Source: Spirochaetota bacterium
GTDB taxonomy: Bacteria > Spirochaetota > UBA4802 > UBA5550
Direction of reading: 5' to 3'
Assembly (NCBI GenBank): GCA_050298055.1
Contig: JBNKTL010000019.1
Coordinates: 1 to 64,000 of the forward strand
DNA: 64,000 bases
Both the position numbers and the translations under genes were made by a program. Below, in pieces: positions 10,849 through 21,132 of the stretch (the first letter of the stretch is position 1; every line of letters starts with the position of its first letter). The notes beneath the pieces were generated by a model. The model ran no database searches, was not told where the DNA came from, and saw nothing but the letters and a program-made list of their open reading frames with translations.

Positions 10849-11740
10849 TTAATCCAAATAAGAATGACATGTTTCATTTAATCCATCAACAAATCTTGTT
10901 TCAGGTGAACATAAATATTTTTTCATTATTTCATTATCAGCTATCAAATTAAAATCAGATTTATTTTGGTATTTATAAATTGGAATGTTCCCAGTTATTT
11001 TTCCAATTATATTCGTAATTTTTTTTATTGATACAATTTCATCACCAGCAATATTAAAAATATAATTCCCTGACAAATTCAATAGATTTGAGACTATTTT
11101 TTGTTGCATCATCAATATAAATGGGATTTATTCTGATCCCATTTATACTCGATAATATTATCTCTTTTTTATTTATAACATTTTCAATCAATCTGGGGAT
11201 CAGCATTGTTTTATCCTGATCTGGACTATAAATAAAAAAAGGCCTCAATATTGCAAAACATTCAAAATAACTTGAGTAACTATTTAATAATATTTCTGCT
11301 GATAATTTGCTATCCAAATATATTCCTTTATTATTTGCACTAATTACATGTGACTCTTTAACAGGTTCAACTGAATTATTTATTATACACACCTCCGCTG
11401 GATGTATAAAAGAACATCTTTACATTATTATTAATTGCCCAATTTATATTTTAAATGGTGAATTAATATTTATTTCGAAGATATCACTTGCACCATTGGG
11501 AAATTCTCTAAATCTTTTGGATTGAGCAAGATAAAATATTACATCAATATCTTTTAGTAATATTTTTACATTAAAGTTATATAGATCTGACTGAATTATT
11601 TGTATTTGTTGGTCAATGTTAACATTTTCTATAAAAACAGCTTTATTTCGAACAAGAGCATAATTATTATGTTTAAGACTTAACTTTTTAACTAATTCTT
11701 TTCCAAGGAGACCATTTGCACCTGTAATTAATATTTTCAT
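10849..11740 (-). pseudogene. Frameshifted NAD-dependent epimerase/dehydratase
   Basis: GANGLLG (11740-), then out-of-frame FFYTSSGGVY, then YLDSK..LRPFFIY..PIYIDDA, then IFNIAG in a shifted frame. Three frameshifts are needed to rebuild one SDR. Confidence 0.85.
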
Positions 11741-11944
11741 TTCATTCTATTGATTAACATCCAAATAGTATACTTTTCTCCGCTGAAGTTGTCAGGGAGA
11801 TAATGTTATAATCATAATTTTATATTGTTAATTATAAATACTTAACAACAATAATTAATTTATTAATAACTTTTGTTTTAAACTTTAAATAATTTACTGA
11901 ATTTTCAAACAACAAAATAAAAATACTGCTAACTAAATAGATAA

Positions 11945-13507
11945 TTACAAATGATATACCGCATAATCATTGTTTTCAAAAAGAATTTTATATTTGTTAA
12001 AATTATAATTAATTCCTAATTTATTTGCATATAATAAATCATTTTTTTTAACAGCGAGCGTATTGACTTTGTATTTCCTTTTAAAACTGTCTATATCAGG
12101 CTTAATGAAATAAAGAAAAGCAAAATCATCTCGCATGTATTTTAATCCATCAATCTTATAATAATTTGATATATGATCATAATAAAAAACAGCATCATTA
12201 GTATTTATTGAACTTGCTATTTTGAAATTCCATTTAGTGGGAATTGAAATTAATTTCATATTTTTTATTTTACTTAAACAACTAATCAAATTATTATAGT
12301 TGTCATCTTCTTTTGCACGTGTTATATCCAGTATTTTACTATTATTTAAAAAAATATAATTAATTAAGATAATTATAATATTATATATTACAAACCAGTA
12401 GATTATACTTGGATTATACATTGAAGTATAGAATACAAAAAGTATATATATAGCTCCGACACTATATTCAAAATACCTTTCAGCTTCACCAAGAAACAAA
12501 AATGGCTTTAAAGATGTGATAATAAATATAATTATTGTAGAAATCGATAAAGATGATAAATAAAATAATAAATCATCATTAAGAAAAGTGTTAATTATAG
12601 TATTATCACTAATAGCCCAATATATTAGGAATAAAACTGGTGGAATTGAATACATTATAATGAGTGGTGTTATTGACCAAAAAATACACTTAATAAATTT
12701 TTTTATATCTGTAAACAAATAATATGGCAATAGGAGAATATCTTTTAAACTGTTTTTTTTTGATACTTCATTTAATCTTTTCATGCCACTAAAAAACCAG
12801 TAGTAATGATCAATTTTTCTCTGTAATAGTTTTTTTATCCCTAAACGGGGAATAATAAAACTAAATAGAATTGATATAATAACAGTTATCATTGGGAATG
12901 GATTTAAATAAATAATTGATACAAAAAATGAAAAGAAAAATATAACTTGAGTTGCAAATTGTGATGAGATAACAATTAACCAGAATAAAGGAATGCATAT
13001 GAATAAAAAGACATATTGGTGTTCTATTAAGTAAAAACCTAATAGTGTGAAATATATTAAACTCAAAGTATTTCCAAATGTTCTTCCTCCAATTCCCAAT
13101 AAACGTGCTGTTGTCGGATGGAGTATTGGCGAGACGGCGAACAGAAGAGTTGTTAAATCTTCAAAGTTTAAAGGACCCAGATTACTAATTTTATATTCAT
13201 GAGATATAAATAGTGTTATTAAATAGAAAATGATTATTGAAATTATATCATATAATATATTGATAATCTTACCCGATACTTTCCAATATTTTTCAGGGAA
13301 AAGTTTAACAATAATAAAATGGGGAAATGGTGGATAGCCTCTATATCCATTAATTATTGATTTTTCAACATTATCAATAAATAACTTGTTCTTTTTTTTT
13401 ATTGCTTTCATCATCCATATATGTGAATATTCGTCTGATGTTCCTTGTGAAGTAAAAAATAATATTCTTGTGATTATTCCTAAAAATGTAATCAAAATAA
13501 TATTCAT
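11945..13507 (-). CDS. Polytopic membrane protein, GT-C-like candidate
   Basis: SDEYSH after TM1, GYPPFPH, GEAERYFEY, many TMs, and a soluble C-terminus. Confidence 0.45.
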   Translation of the reverse strand: MNIILITFLGIITRILFFTSQGTSDEYSHIWMMKAIKKKNKLFIDNVEKSIINGYRGYPPFPHFIIVKLFPEKYWKVSGKIINILYDIISIIIFYLITLFISHEYKISNLGPLNFEDLTTLLFAVSPILHPTTARLLGIGGRTFGNTLSLIYFTLLGFYLIEHQYVFLFICIPLFWLIVISSQFATQVIFFFSFFVSIIYLNPFPMITVIISILFSFIIPRLGIKKLLQRKIDHYYWFFSGMKRLNEVSKKNSLKDILLLPYYLFTDIKKFIKCIFWSITPLIIMYSIPPVLFLIYWAISDNTIINTFLNDDLLFYLSSLSISTIIIFIITSLKPFLFLGEAERYFEYSVGAIYILFVFYTSMYNPSIIYWFVIYNIIIILINYIFLNNSKILDITRAKEDDNYNNLISCLSKIKNMKLISIPTKWNFKIASSINTNDAVFYYDHISNYYKIDGLKYMRDDFAFLYFIKPDIDSFKRKYKVNTLAVKKNDLLYANKLGINYNFNKYKILFENNDYAVYHL

Positions 13508-13960
13508 GTTGCACTTACCTTAAAATTGTTATGTGAATAATTATAATTAATCTTCGTCAACTGAACGTTAGTGATATTTTACTAATGCTATATTTTTTAT
13601 TAATTTTTTCACAATTTAATATTTTAATAATATGATTTTGTTTACGGCTTGTATATTAAAAATTACAGAAAGTATTTATAAAAATATTCTGAGAATTTTA
13701 AATAGTATTTATTCTAAAATATTAAATTATTTTTCATAATAAGTTTCTTTATAATTCTATTAATTATCAATAGTAAAAAAAGACATCTTTTCAACAGATA
13801 TTAATACGTATGTTTCTAATTAAAATTATTAAATAACTTGATTTTTAATTTATAGGAAGAATAAACAACTAAATTTTAATAATATTTTACAAAAACATCT
13901 ACAGTATTGACATTATATGATACATAATGAAAATGTTATTTATTTTAAAAAAGGTATACA

Positions 13961-15433
13961 ATGAATATATTATTAATAAATCCACCACAACCAAAGAAAG
14001 ACTTGAAGTCTGCATTCAGTAAAGGAACAGGATATATTTTACCATACAATCTTCTCTGTTTGGCCACTTATCTAAATGAAAAAGGTATTAAGACTGAAAT
14101 AATCGATGGTGTTGCAGAAAATTATGATAATAATGATATTTCAAAAATAATTAGCAAAAAACATTATGACGTAGTTGGACTTACCGGTTTTACTTTCTCA
14201 ATTCCAAGAGCATATGATACAGCAAGAGTAGTGAAGAAAGCATCTCCAGCAACAAAAGTTGTTATTGGAGGTATCCATGCTACCATATTACCAACACAAA
14301 CTCTTAAGGAATGCAAAGCTTGCGACTATGTTGTTATTGGTGAAGGCGAAAAAACATTACTTTCATTAATAGAAAGTTTCAATAGTAAAAAATCTTTAAA
14401 AAATATACCGAATATCGCATACAGAAAAGATACTGAAATTGTGCAAACTGAAATTAATCGAAATCCAATAGATATTAATGAATTACCAATTCCAGATTAC
14501 TCTCTGATTAAAATGGAATTATATATACCCCACACCGGGAATTATAAAGTTCTTCCTACATACAGTTTTTATGCCAGCAGAGGGTGTGCGTTCCCCTGTA
14601 CTTTCTGTTCTGCAAACATCGTTCTTGGAAAAAGAGTACGATATAAAACAATTGAACGGGCAATTGAAGAGATCAAAGTTCTCGTAAATAAATATAATAC
14701 AAAGGGATTACTTTTTCAAGACTCAACTTTTACAATAAATAAAAACTGGGTTAAAGAGCTTTGCAATAGACTAATTAAAGAAAAAATTCAAATAATATGG
14801 CGAGCAAACTCAAGAGTTGATTGTGTTGATGAAGAAACACTTTCAATTATGAAAAAAGCAGGGTGTCATAGAGTCAACCTTGGTTTTGAGTCAGGGAATC
14901 AGAAAACTTTGGACTTTTTGAAGAAAAAAACAACTGTTGAACAAAACCTGGAAGCTGCAAAATTAGTGACTGGTATGGGAATGGAATTAGGTGCATCATT
15001 TATTATTGGATTACCTAATGAAGGTTTGAATGAAGTAATTAATACAATAAATTTTGCGAAGAAGATAGGTTCAAAATTTACACAATTTTATATACCAATT
15101 CCCTATCCGGGAACAGTGTTACGAAACCAGTGTGGGAATGATGTTCGTGAGGATGCGCCATGGGAGCATTATAGCTCAAGAGATTTTTCCAATCCGGTAT
15201 ATATCAATAAGAATTTTGAGGATGATATATTTAAAAAATTGCCTGAATTTGCATCAAGAGAATTTTATTGTAATTTAAGTGTTATCTGGAGAATAATTAC
15301 AAATATAAAAAGCTTTGTTGAATTAAAAGATACTGTTTTAATATTAAAAGAAATATTTAACAAATGGAGAAATTTTTCATTAAAAAAAACTGGGACTTAT
15401 CTTATAAATGAATATACAAATAAATTTAAATAA
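13961..15433 (+). CDS. B12-binding radical SAM protein (class B methyltransferase-like)
   Basis: N-terminal cobalamin-binding domain (LINPP, GGIHAT, GEGE), SRGCAFPCTFC (CxxxCxxC), GFESG, PYPGT. Confidence 0.92.
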   Translation: MNILLINPPQPKKDLKSAFSKGTGYILPYNLLCLATYLNEKGIKTEIIDGVAENYDNNDISKIISKKHYDVVGLTGFTFSIPRAYDTARVVKKASPATKVVIGGIHATILPTQTLKECKACDYVVIGEGEKTLLSLIESFNSKKSLKNIPNIAYRKDTEIVQTEINRNPIDINELPIPDYSLIKMELYIPHTGNYKVLPTYSFYASRGCAFPCTFCSANIVLGKRVRYKTIERAIEEIKVLVNKYNTKGLLFQDSTFTINKNWVKELCNRLIKEKIQIIWRANSRVDCVDEETLSIMKKAGCHRVNLGFESGNQKTLDFLKKKTTVEQNLEAAKLVTGMGMELGASFIIGLPNEGLNEVINTINFAKKIGSKFTQFYIPIPYPGTVLRNQCGNDVREDAPWEHYSSRDFSNPVYINKNFEDDIFKKLPEFASREFYCNLSVIWRIITNIKSFVELKDTVLILKEIFNKWRNFSLKKTGTYLINEYTNKFK

Positions 15434-15563
15434 TCAAAATATTTAGTTGAGATAGTTGTATATATCAAATGAATCAAATTTATGTTTATCAGCTATATAT
15501 AGTTGTTATAAATTTTATAAATATTTTCTTTTTCATTATGATAATTAATTAAACACTTAAAAA

Positions 15564-16370
15564 CTATTGATAAAAACCAAATTTTCCCATAATATAATGA
15601 GCATGTTTATTAAACTTCTCATATAAAATATCATCCCAATCATTATGGCCTTTAAATCTATCTTTTGAATGGATTTTACTCGTATTTATTTTTGAAGATA
15701 TTAAAGATTTTACTACTTCATGATTATAACCTCTAAGTCCAATAAATTCAAATATATCCTTTATTCCATTTTCATCTAAATTATTCATGTTGATAATTTT
15801 GTACTTATCTTTATTGATAGTTTCAATCTTTTCTAAAAGTATTGAATTATATTTTGCCCATCCCCATGAAAATTTTTCAAATCTATCCATTTTACGCCAC
15901 TCATTGTATACTTTTTCTTCTTTGTGTGGCCGAATTCTTGCGAAATCCCAAAACCTTTCTTCCGCTTGAGTTATTGAATATTGATCACCATCTTCATATA
16001 AAACATAACCATCTTCTCTTTTTGTATAAAAGTCCATACTGCTTCTTACAACATCTCTTCCATCTCGTATGAGAAACAAGATATTGCAATCCCAAACATT
16101 AATAATATTTTCGAGAAAAAAAAGATAATTAGGATTTTTATCACCATATATTAACCCTTTTTTTAGAGTTTCTGAAATATGCTTATTTTTACTTTTATAA
16201 ATGAAGTCATCCGGATACTGCATAACTCCATCATATTTCATTCTCGCTGCAATACATAACTTTGGATCTTGTTCAACAAATGATTCAACATTTGAAGCTG
16301 TCGATAATATATTTGAAATGGCAGTTGTTCCTGAACGACCTACGCCGATAACAAAAAATATTCTTCTCAT
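15564..16370 (-). CDS. PAPS-dependent sulfotransferase
   Basis: 5'-PSB loop GVGRSGTT and 3'-PB motif IRDGRDVVRS. Confidence 0.88.
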   Translation of the reverse strand: MRRIFFVIGVGRSGTTAISNILSTASNVESFVEQDPKLCIAARMKYDGVMQYPDDFIYKSKNKHISETLKKGLIYGDKNPNYLFFLENIINVWDCNILFLIRDGRDVVRSSMDFYTKREDGYVLYEDGDQYSITQAEERFWDFARIRPHKEEKVYNEWRKMDRFEKFSWGWAKYNSILLEKIETINKDKYKIINMNNLDENGIKDIFEFIGLRGYNHEVVKSLISSKINTSKIHSKDRFKGHNDWDDILYEKFNKHAHYIMGKFGFYQ

Positions 16371-16373
16371 ACT

Positions 16374-17150
16374 TCATTTCACTCCAAGTACTTCATAAAC
16401 ATTATTAAATATAAAATATTTCGCTTTATAGAATTGCTGTGTAGACATGTCACTTTTATATCGTAAGCACCCGTCCGCACTGGAAACAATATTTTTGAAT
16501 CCGATTTTTTGTAATATTTTAATTGTTTTATTTTTTGGCATTATTAAATCACAATTTAACATTTTATTCTTTGTGAATTTAAATATTACACTATTTAATA
16601 ATGTCATAATTGCATTTTTTCTTGGATTATAATCGCTTGATGGATTATGATTAATAATTATATTATATAAATACCAACCAAAATCATTGGTTGAAATATA
16701 TAATTTCCCGCCTTTTTTTAATACTCTGTGAAACTCATATAATGTTTTCTGATAATCAGTTAGATATATTGCACTATAAGAATAAATTGCATCAAACTGA
16801 TTATCTTTAAATGGTAGTTTTTCAATAGATCCAACATAATAATTAATATTTGTCTGATTGAAATATCTAGTTATTGTATCTGCAGCCAGAATTCGTTGTT
16901 TACTGAAATCTATTGCGCTTACTCTTTCATTAAACATAGATAAAGCAATACTCCACTGTCCAAAGCCGCAACCCGCATCAAGGACATGGTGCATATTTTT
17001 AAAGTTTATCAATTTCATACGATAGAGATATTTACTAAAATCTGTTTTAAAAATTCTTTGAAAGAAATCCCGATCTCTATAATTATCTAATATATTACTA
17101 ATTTCTTCTATTCTTTTATTTAAGTTGTTCATAATAATAACGTAATGCAA
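16374..17150 (-). CDS. Class I SAM-dependent methyltransferase (start may be ATG at 17132)
   Basis: VLDAGCGFG, LPFKDNQFDAI, RVLKKGG. Confidence 0.92.
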   Translation of the reverse strand: MHYVIIMNNLNKRIEEISNILDNYRDRDFFQRIFKTDFSKYLYRMKLINFKNMHHVLDAGCGFGQWSIALSMFNERVSAIDFSKQRILAADTITRYFNQTNINYYVGSIEKLPFKDNQFDAIYSYSAIYLTDYQKTLYEFHRVLKKGGKLYISTNDFGWYLYNIIINHNPSSDYNPRKNAIMTLLNSVIFKFTKNKMLNCDLIMPKNKTIKILQKIGFKNIVSSADGCLRYKSDMSTQQFYKAKYFIFNNVYEVLGVK

Positions 17151-17151
17151 T

Positions 17152-17889
17152 TCATTGTGAGTTAACTACTTTCCTAATTAAATTAATTAAAAATGATTCA
17201 ACTCCATAATTTTTATTTCTTAATTTATATAGCATTTCGTGATTCTGGTGATATTTTCTATTGTTAACATATAATCCCATATTATTTGAATTTAGGTATA
17301 TATGAATGGGATGTATATTAAACACTTTTAATCCTTCTCTTTTCATTAACGAATCAATATTCATCTTGCTTAAATCAGCTCCCTGCATAAAGTGAAGATC
17401 ATCCTCCCAATAAAATGGGACTCTGATTAGACTTTCATTCCAGTTTTTCCATGGTTTTAATACGATGTTTGAATAATATGGTATAAATACATTGCAATCA
17501 TATTTATAATCATATAAAGCAAATTCATCTAATAACAGAGAACTTTGGACCAATGAATGCGATCTTATTGAAATTGCTTCTGGAACAATTTTCCTATAAT
17601 ACTTAATGATTTCCCTGTATGTACTCCCATATTTAAAGTCACCATTTAATATATAGTTAAAGTTAGGATGAATTCCTAATTCAATTTTTGGATTTTCCAT
17701 TATTCTTTTATTAAGTATGGTATTATGAGTAGTAAAAAAAGTGGCAGAAATATCATTTTTTTCTATTATATCAAGAGTATGGGATAAAATTGCATCAGAT
17801 GCCCAATCAATATCAAAAGTAAGATAAATTGTATTTTTCAACTTATTATCATTATTTATCTGAATATTTTTAATTTTATCAAACTTCAA
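17152..17889 (-). CDS. Polysaccharide deacetylase, WbmS-like
   Basis: LTFDIDWA, ELGIHPNF, RSHSL, WEDD, NIHPIH. Confidence 0.82.
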   Translation of the reverse strand: MKFDKIKNIQINNDNKLKNTIYLTFDIDWASDAILSHTLDIIEKNDISATFFTTHNTILNKRIMENPKIELGIHPNFNYILNGDFKYGSTYREIIKYYRKIVPEAISIRSHSLVQSSLLLDEFALYDYKYDCNVFIPYYSNIVLKPWKNWNESLIRVPFYWEDDLHFMQGADLSKMNIDSLMKREGLKVFNIHPIHIYLNSNNMGLYVNNRKYHQNHEMLYKLRNKNYGVESFLINLIRKVVNSQ

Positions 17890-17964
17890 ATTAATTTATC
17901 CTTACTCAATTATGCATTAAGTAAAATATGTATATCTAAACTTCGAGAGATATTATAAATAATA

Positions 17965-20007
17965 TTAGATTTTGGATGAATAATTATTAAACTGGCTATT
18001 CCACTCATTAAAGTTCAAAAGTGACCAAATCAACAACCTTCTGTTCTTTTCGCCATTCAAATGCTCATCTACCAGATTTTTTACTGCACATTTATCGAAA
18101 AAATCATATATCTTTGAATTATCATCATATATGACATTCTTCACAAACTCAATACTTTCACCTTTAAACCAACTGCTGTCAGGAGACGAAAAGCCCTGTT
18201 TAGTAAGACCTGTTATTTTTTCTGGAATATATTTTTTCATTCCTTTTCGTAAAATCAGTTTTCCGTCTTTAGTTTTCTGAAAATATTTTTGGGACTTTGA
18301 TCCCGGCTCATTTTCATTAATTCGAATGACTTCATCGAGATTGCCTAACTTGTATTTAACAGGAAGTTTCATGGCAAAATCCACAAGATCATTATCAAGA
18401 AAGGGAACCCTTGATTCGAGGCTATGGGCCATGTTCAATTTATCTTTTACTACTAATAAACCGTTAAGAAATGTTTTCGCTTCAAAATAGAGTGAATGGT
18501 TTACATAGTCTTCCGGTTTTGTCAATTTATCCGCATGCTTTTTAAAAACATCCCTGAAAATATCCCGGGTCCATACATGGGATACTTTATCCCATATGGG
18601 AGAAAAAACTTCCTTAATAACTTGATTAGGAATTAATCTTTGCCAGTAGTGGTAATACTTATCAATATAATCCTCGAAGTTATCATTCACAACTGCACGA
18701 TAATAGCGCCAGGGATATCCTCCGAAAAGTTCATCTCCTCCCGTACCGCCCAACACGACTTTGACAAAACGGCTTGCCAGGTTTGCAGCATAATAATTAG
18801 GATAGCTCTGCCCAACCCTGGGCTCTTCCAGGTGCCAGGCAAATTTCGGCATAATTCTCTCCATATCCCCGGCTTTAAGGACCATCTCATAGTGTTCTGT
18901 TTTAAAGAGATAGGACATATATTCAGATTTTTCCCTTTCATCAAAACCGAATTCAAAACCGGTCGCAGAGTGAAGGTCAAATCCAACGGTAAATGTTTTC
19001 AGGTTTTCAATACTCTTTGCAGCAATTGCCGTAATTGAACCCGTATCCATACCTCCACTGAGAAAAGTCCCGATTTCAACATCACTGACAAGCTGCCTGT
19101 TTACAGCCTGTGTGAAGAGAAAATCCAATTCTTCGAGATAGTTTTTTTCACTTTTTTTTGAAACCGGTTCAATAAAATCAAAATCCCAGTACTCAGTATA
19201 ATTTATATCATAGATATTGTCTGAAAAAGACCTGTTTAAATCCAGCTCAATATAATTCCCCGCAGGAAGCAGCTTTATATCTTTATACAGGGTTCTGTCA
19301 GTAAAAATGTTTTGGAAAGTAAAATATTCAAGGAGTGCTTCGTAATTAAGAGAGAAGCTGCATTCCTTATACTCAAGAATCGCCTTAATCTCACTGCCAA
19401 AAATAAGCATCCCGTTATTCAGTACTGTATAATAAAGAGGTTTTATTCCAAACCTGTCTCTTACCAAATAAAACCTGTTTTTTAACCTGTCCCATAAAGT
19501 AAAAGCAAACATCCCGTTGAATTTAATAAAACAATCAGCACCCCACTCTTCATAAGAGTAGATTATTACCTCAGTATCGGAATGAGATCTGAATACGTAA
19601 CCAAGATTTTCCAGTTCAGATCTCAACTCTTTAAAGTTATAAATCTCCCCGTTATATGCGACCCATATATTATTTGAGAGATCACTCATAGGTTGATGCC
19701 CCGCTGCCGAGAGGTCAATGATTGACAAGCGGCGGTGACCCAGGAAAATGTTCCAGTTATAAGATCTCAGTTCATTCTGACCGGCCTTGCTGTCAATTTC
19801 CGGCAGGAGAGGAGAAATATGATGAAATTCCCTGTCAGTAAAATTTATAAAGTGTGATATTTTCTTTGTATTCAGATTGCCGTTCTGTGCCAATAAATAA
19901 CCGGCATCATCCGGTCCCCTGTGTGATATTACATCACTCATGGATTTGATGTACTCTGTTTTTAACGGATCCCCATTAAGTGAGACTATTCCACAAATAC
20001 CACACAT
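17965..20007 (-). CDS. asnB: Asparagine synthase (glutamine-hydrolysing) family amidotransferase, probably sugar-amidating
   Basis: MCGICG, HRGPD, GHRRLSIIDL, NGEIYN, RDRFGIKPLYY, LSGGMDT, GGDELFGGY. Confidence 0.92.
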   Translation of the reverse strand: MCGICGIVSLNGDPLKTEYIKSMSDVISHRGPDDAGYLLAQNGNLNTKKISHFINFTDREFHHISPLLPEIDSKAGQNELRSYNWNIFLGHRRLSIIDLSAAGHQPMSDLSNNIWVAYNGEIYNFKELRSELENLGYVFRSHSDTEVIIYSYEEWGADCFIKFNGMFAFTLWDRLKNRFYLVRDRFGIKPLYYTVLNNGMLIFGSEIKAILEYKECSFSLNYEALLEYFTFQNIFTDRTLYKDIKLLPAGNYIELDLNRSFSDNIYDINYTEYWDFDFIEPVSKKSEKNYLEELDFLFTQAVNRQLVSDVEIGTFLSGGMDTGSITAIAAKSIENLKTFTVGFDLHSATGFEFGFDEREKSEYMSYLFKTEHYEMVLKAGDMERIMPKFAWHLEEPRVGQSYPNYYAANLASRFVKVVLGGTGGDELFGGYPWRYYRAVVNDNFEDYIDKYYHYWQRLIPNQVIKEVFSPIWDKVSHVWTRDIFRDVFKKHADKLTKPEDYVNHSLYFEAKTFLNGLLVVKDKLNMAHSLESRVPFLDNDLVDFAMKLPVKYKLGNLDEVIRINENEPGSKSQKYFQKTKDGKLILRKGMKKYIPEKITGLTKQGFSSPDSSWFKGESIEFVKNVIYDDNSKIYDFFDKCAVKNLVDEHLNGEKNRRLLIWSLLNFNEWNSQFNNYSSKI

Positions 20008-20128
20008 TGTCTATTACCTTATGTATTGTTCTTTTAAAATATTGAAAATAATTATACTATCTTCTCTTTTCAACTGCTTTTTGAACTTTTCATCAAACCA
20101 CGGTTTTGTAAGTAGGAATATTCCTCAT

Positions 20129-21115
20129 CTAATTAGCTTCCATTGTATTATTCCGCCACTGGATCAACTGTTTAAGACCATCCTCAATTGAAAATTTATA
20201 CGTAAATCCAATCTCATCTGTGGCTTTTTTTGCTGAACCGATTCTATTTTGAACGAATTGTCTTGCATCATCGGCACTGTACGGTTTATACTCGACCTTA
20301 AGATCAGAATTCTTCAACCGAAGAATAGTATTGCATAGTTCACGAATTGACGTTTGGACTTCAGTTCCTACATTATAAAACCCATAATTAACATCTGACT
20401 TTAATGCAGCAATGTTTGCCCGGGCAACATCTTCAACATAGATAAAATCATAAGCCTGAGAACCATCCCCATTTATTACCGGTTGTTCCTTAGCATCGAT
20501 TTTGTTAAGCATAATGGGAACAACACCGCTGTATATATTATGCTGGTCCTGTCCCGGTCCATAAACATTCATATACCTGAGTCCAATAACTTTTAATCCA
20601 TACCTGTCATTATAAGCAGTGCACATGGCCTCACCTGCGATCTTTGTTGATCCGTAAAAATTCTTGTTATTAAAAGGGTGGTCTTCCGTCATGGGGACTT
20701 CAACTGCATCACCATAAACAGAAGCAGACGATGAGTATATTAGCTTTTTAACATTATTATTCACACATGCTTCCAACACATTAAACGTACCTTCAATATT
20801 AACTTTGAAAGCGGTTCTCGGATAATCCTTACAATGAAGAAGCCACATTGCTGCGAGATGAAATACATAATCAACATCTTTCATTGCATCATTGAGTATA
20901 TCAATATCCCTGATATCCCCGCCATTTGGATAAACTGTGCAACGCGGATCATGGAGAGATCCATTAATATTCTCCAGTTTCCCCCGCACAAAATTATCAT
21001 AAATAATAACTTCACTAACATCCTCTTTCAGTAATTCAGAAACGACAAAACTTCCAATAAAACCCGCTCCTCCAATAACGAGGACCCTTGTCCCTTTTAT
21101 ATCAATTTTTTCCAT
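20129..21115 (-). CDS. NAD-dependent nucleotide-sugar epimerase/dehydratase
   Basis: GGAGFIG, SSSASVYG, YGSTK. Confidence 0.92.
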   Translation of the reverse strand: MEKIDIKGTRVLVIGGAGFIGSFVVSELLKEDVSEVIIYDNFVRGKLENINGSLHDPRCTVYPNGGDIRDIDILNDAMKDVDYVFHLAAMWLLHCKDYPRTAFKVNIEGTFNVLEACVNNNVKKLIYSSSASVYGDAVEVPMTEDHPFNNKNFYGSTKIAGEAMCTAYNDRYGLKVIGLRYMNVYGPGQDQHNIYSGVVPIMLNKIDAKEQPVINGDGSQAYDFIYVEDVARANIAALKSDVNYGFYNVGTEVQTSIRELCNTILRLKNSDLKVEYKPYSADDARQFVQNRIGSAKKATDEIGFTYKFSIEDGLKQLIQWRNNTMEAN

Positions 21116-21132
21116 GATAAATTTCCTGATAA

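Noticed and set aside
17965..20007. Housekeeping asparagine synthetase
   Set aside because: The glycan-locus context favours sugar amidation; the symbol denotes the family only.
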